Shown: positions 61,850 through 64,000 of the stretch, piece by piece
Numbering within the stretch: the first letter of the stretch is position 1
Layout of the letters: each line of letters starts with the position of its first letter
Assembly: GCF_006345805.1 (NCBI RefSeq)
Contig: NC_043021.1
Coordinates: 5,580,001 to 5,644,000, forward strand
Direction of reading: 5' to 3'
Source: Octopus sinensis
Lineage: Eukaryota
DNA: 64,000 nt
The notes under the pieces: model-generated
The model's input: the letters and a program-made list of their open reading frames with translations, nothing else
Database searches by the model: none
Told to the model about the DNA's origin: nothing
Translations under genes and position numbers: made by a program

Positions 61850-62230
61850 TCCCTTGGCTTGAATAATTGGTTCAATGCACCTGGAAAGAGATGCGTACAA
61901 ATCCTTCACCATCTTCACAGGTATGAGATTCCATTCTCTGTGGCTGATCTCCTACAACTCTTCAAGATTGTGTAGGTTTTTCAGACGAACCTTCTCTCTA
62001 GTTCTGTCCATATTTGCTTGATGATATTTAAGTCAGGGCTCTGAGATGGCTAATCTTTCAATACGGTAACACCTTCATCAGCCAGACTTTGTTGTGTTGC
62101 ACGCGATCTGTGGAATGGAGTTCCGTCATGCTGAAATATCACACCTTCATCCAAGACTAGTATCAAATTGTCCTTCAGCGACTGGATGTGTTTGGCACCA
62201 TTCAAGTTACCGTGAAAATTTAACCAACTT
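61850..62230 (-). mobile_element. Tc1-like transposase remnant
   Basis: VIFQHDGTPFHRS...*PSQSPDLNIIKQIW matches the Tc1 DD34E C-terminal motifs, with stop and substitutions. Confidence 0.8.
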
Positions 62231-62321
62231 TCTTGAAACTTCACTTTTTATGTATCCCCAAATTTCACTGCTTTTCGTTGTGTAACGTAGGTCGTTTCGC
62301 TTTCTATTGCAGCAGCAGCGG

Positions 62322-62429
<108 letters not shown>

Positions 62430-62476
62430 TATAAATGACAGAAAATGACATGCAACAAAATAAGGTAAATTTTGAC

Positions 62477-62700
62477 CCTTTAGCATTCGGATTATTCAGT
62501 CACGTGTTATGTTTATTTATTCACGTTGTTCTAAATTGATCGTGAACTGCCTTGTAAGCCTCAAGACTTAAGATGGTGTGATTTTTTTTTATTTTTAGAA
62601 TGACATTGTTGGGTAGGTGTGAGAGACTAGATCAAGTCAGATTGAACGTAAAGCAGGCAGAATATTTTGGCCGGATATTGCCGGTTTAAATGCTAAAGTG
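62477..62700 (-). mobile_element. Degenerate piggyBac-type MITE related to P1
   Basis: Right end is the reverse complement of the P1 left arm (ccggatattgccggtttaaatgctaaag); left end tgaccctttagcat. Confidence 0.55.
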
Positions 62701-62739
62701 TTTGGGGTGCGAGGCAGAGCCGGCTCGACAGCTTTATAT

Positions 62740-63230
62740 TCCCACTGCGTGGAACCCTGAGCAAATATCTTTTACTATAGCCTCGGGCCGGCCAAAGCCT
62801 TGTGAGTGGATTTGGTAGACGGATACTGAAAAGAAGCCCGTCGTATATATGTATATGTATATATATAGGTGCAGGAGTGGCTGTGTGGTAAGTAGCTTGT
62901 TTTCCAACCACATGGTTCCGGGTTCAGTCCTACTGCGTGGCACCTTGAGCAAGTGTCTTTTACTATAGCCTCGGGCCGGCCAAAGCCTTGTGAGTGGATT
63001 TGGTAGACGGATACTGAAAAGAAACCCGTCGTATATATGTATATGTATATATATAGGCGCAGGAGTGGCTGTGTAGTAAGTAGCTTGTTTTCCAACCACA
63101 TGGTCCCGGGTTCAGTCCTACTGCGTGGCACCTTGGGCAAGTGTCTTCTACTATAGCCTCGGACCGGCCAAAGCCTTGTGAGTGGATTTGGTAGACGGAA
63201 ACTGAAAGAAGCCCGTCATATATATGTATA
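62740..63230 (+). mobile_element. SINE B 5' half, tandem triplication (~188-bp unit)
   Basis: Three head+body units, each ending in the (TA) tract; no tail. Confidence 0.85.
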
Positions 63231-63379
63231 TTATCATTATTTCTAAATCTTTCTAAAGGAGACTACGGCAGCAGTACTGGGTATTAATAGTTATCGCCAA
63301 GCTAACATGACAGTCCAGAAAAATAGGACTTACCCAACCCTCGAAATTTCAGGTCTTAATAGAAAAGATTTATACTTCT

Positions 63380-64000
63380 ACTAGCAGTATCGCCCGGCGT
63401 TGCTCGTGTTTGTAAGGGAAATAACTATATAAGCATTTTTAGAGATGTAAAGTATAATAGCCATCTCAATATGGCTAACCACAAGAGGGGGGGGGTTACT
63501 GTAGCTTTTTACGTTCTGAGATTTAATAATAAATTTTTAGAGAGTTACTTCCCTTATATATGCCAAAAATGCATTAAAAATGGGAAAGATTGATGGTAAT
63601 TTTTTTTTTAATCGTAGACTCATCGTAGACGCGCGCTAATACCCAGAAGGGCTCGATATGAATCAAGGCGGCTAGCTGGTAGAAACGTTAGCACGCCTGG
63701 CGAAATGCTTAGCGGTATTTCGTCTGCCGCTACGTTCTGAGTTCAAATTCCGCCGAGGTTGACTTTGCCTTTCATCCTTTCGGGGTCGATAAATTAAGTA
63801 CCAGTTACGCACTGGGGTCGATATAATCGACTTAATCCGTTTGTCTGTCCTTGTTTGTCCTCTCTGTGTTTAGCCCCTTGTGGGTAGTAAAGAAATAGAT
63901 ATGAATCACGACTATAAGATACCTGCTTTTGGTTAAAACTGCACCGCAAAATGTGGGAGCAGTTAGGAATCTAAATCGTAGGAGACAGACAGCACACAAC
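63380..64000 (+). mobile_element. Helentron-like element (long form) with nested SINE A (63665-63897)
   Basis: SINE A flanked by 10-bp TSD gatatgaatc (63655-63664, 63898-63907); the element runs off the window end. Confidence 0.75.

Overview
AT-rich, repeat-dense eukaryotic DNA; the SINE and microsatellite content suggests an Octopus-type cephalopod (inference). Bases ~4.5-38.6 kb hold the 3' part of a paxillin-family gene on the + strand. Seven coding exons with phase-compatible GT-AG junctions encode a large Ser/Gln/Pro-rich region, LD4, LD5 and four complete LIM domains; the LD1-3 exons are not in the window. The large exon has an apparent 1-bp deletion in a CAA run, and a candidate alternative first exon (MDNTYDIPVSLL) lies in the 20-kb intron. 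The rest is transposon-derived: several tRNA-derived SINE families, an RTE-tailed SINE, CR1-type 3' fragments, piggyBac-type MITEs, Helentron-like non-autonomous elements, decayed L1/Tx1, hAT, Penelope and Tc1 copies, and very long microsatellites. The most unusual observations are (i) three ORF1-only L1/Tx1-like retroelements stacked head-to-tail at one repeated 14-bp site inside a SINE head (45.7-49.5 kb) and (ii) a 354-bp direct-repeat unit carrying a type I hammerhead ribozyme fold (31.7-32.1 kb). No database searches were run; family names come from motif recognition, and repeat boundaries are approximate.
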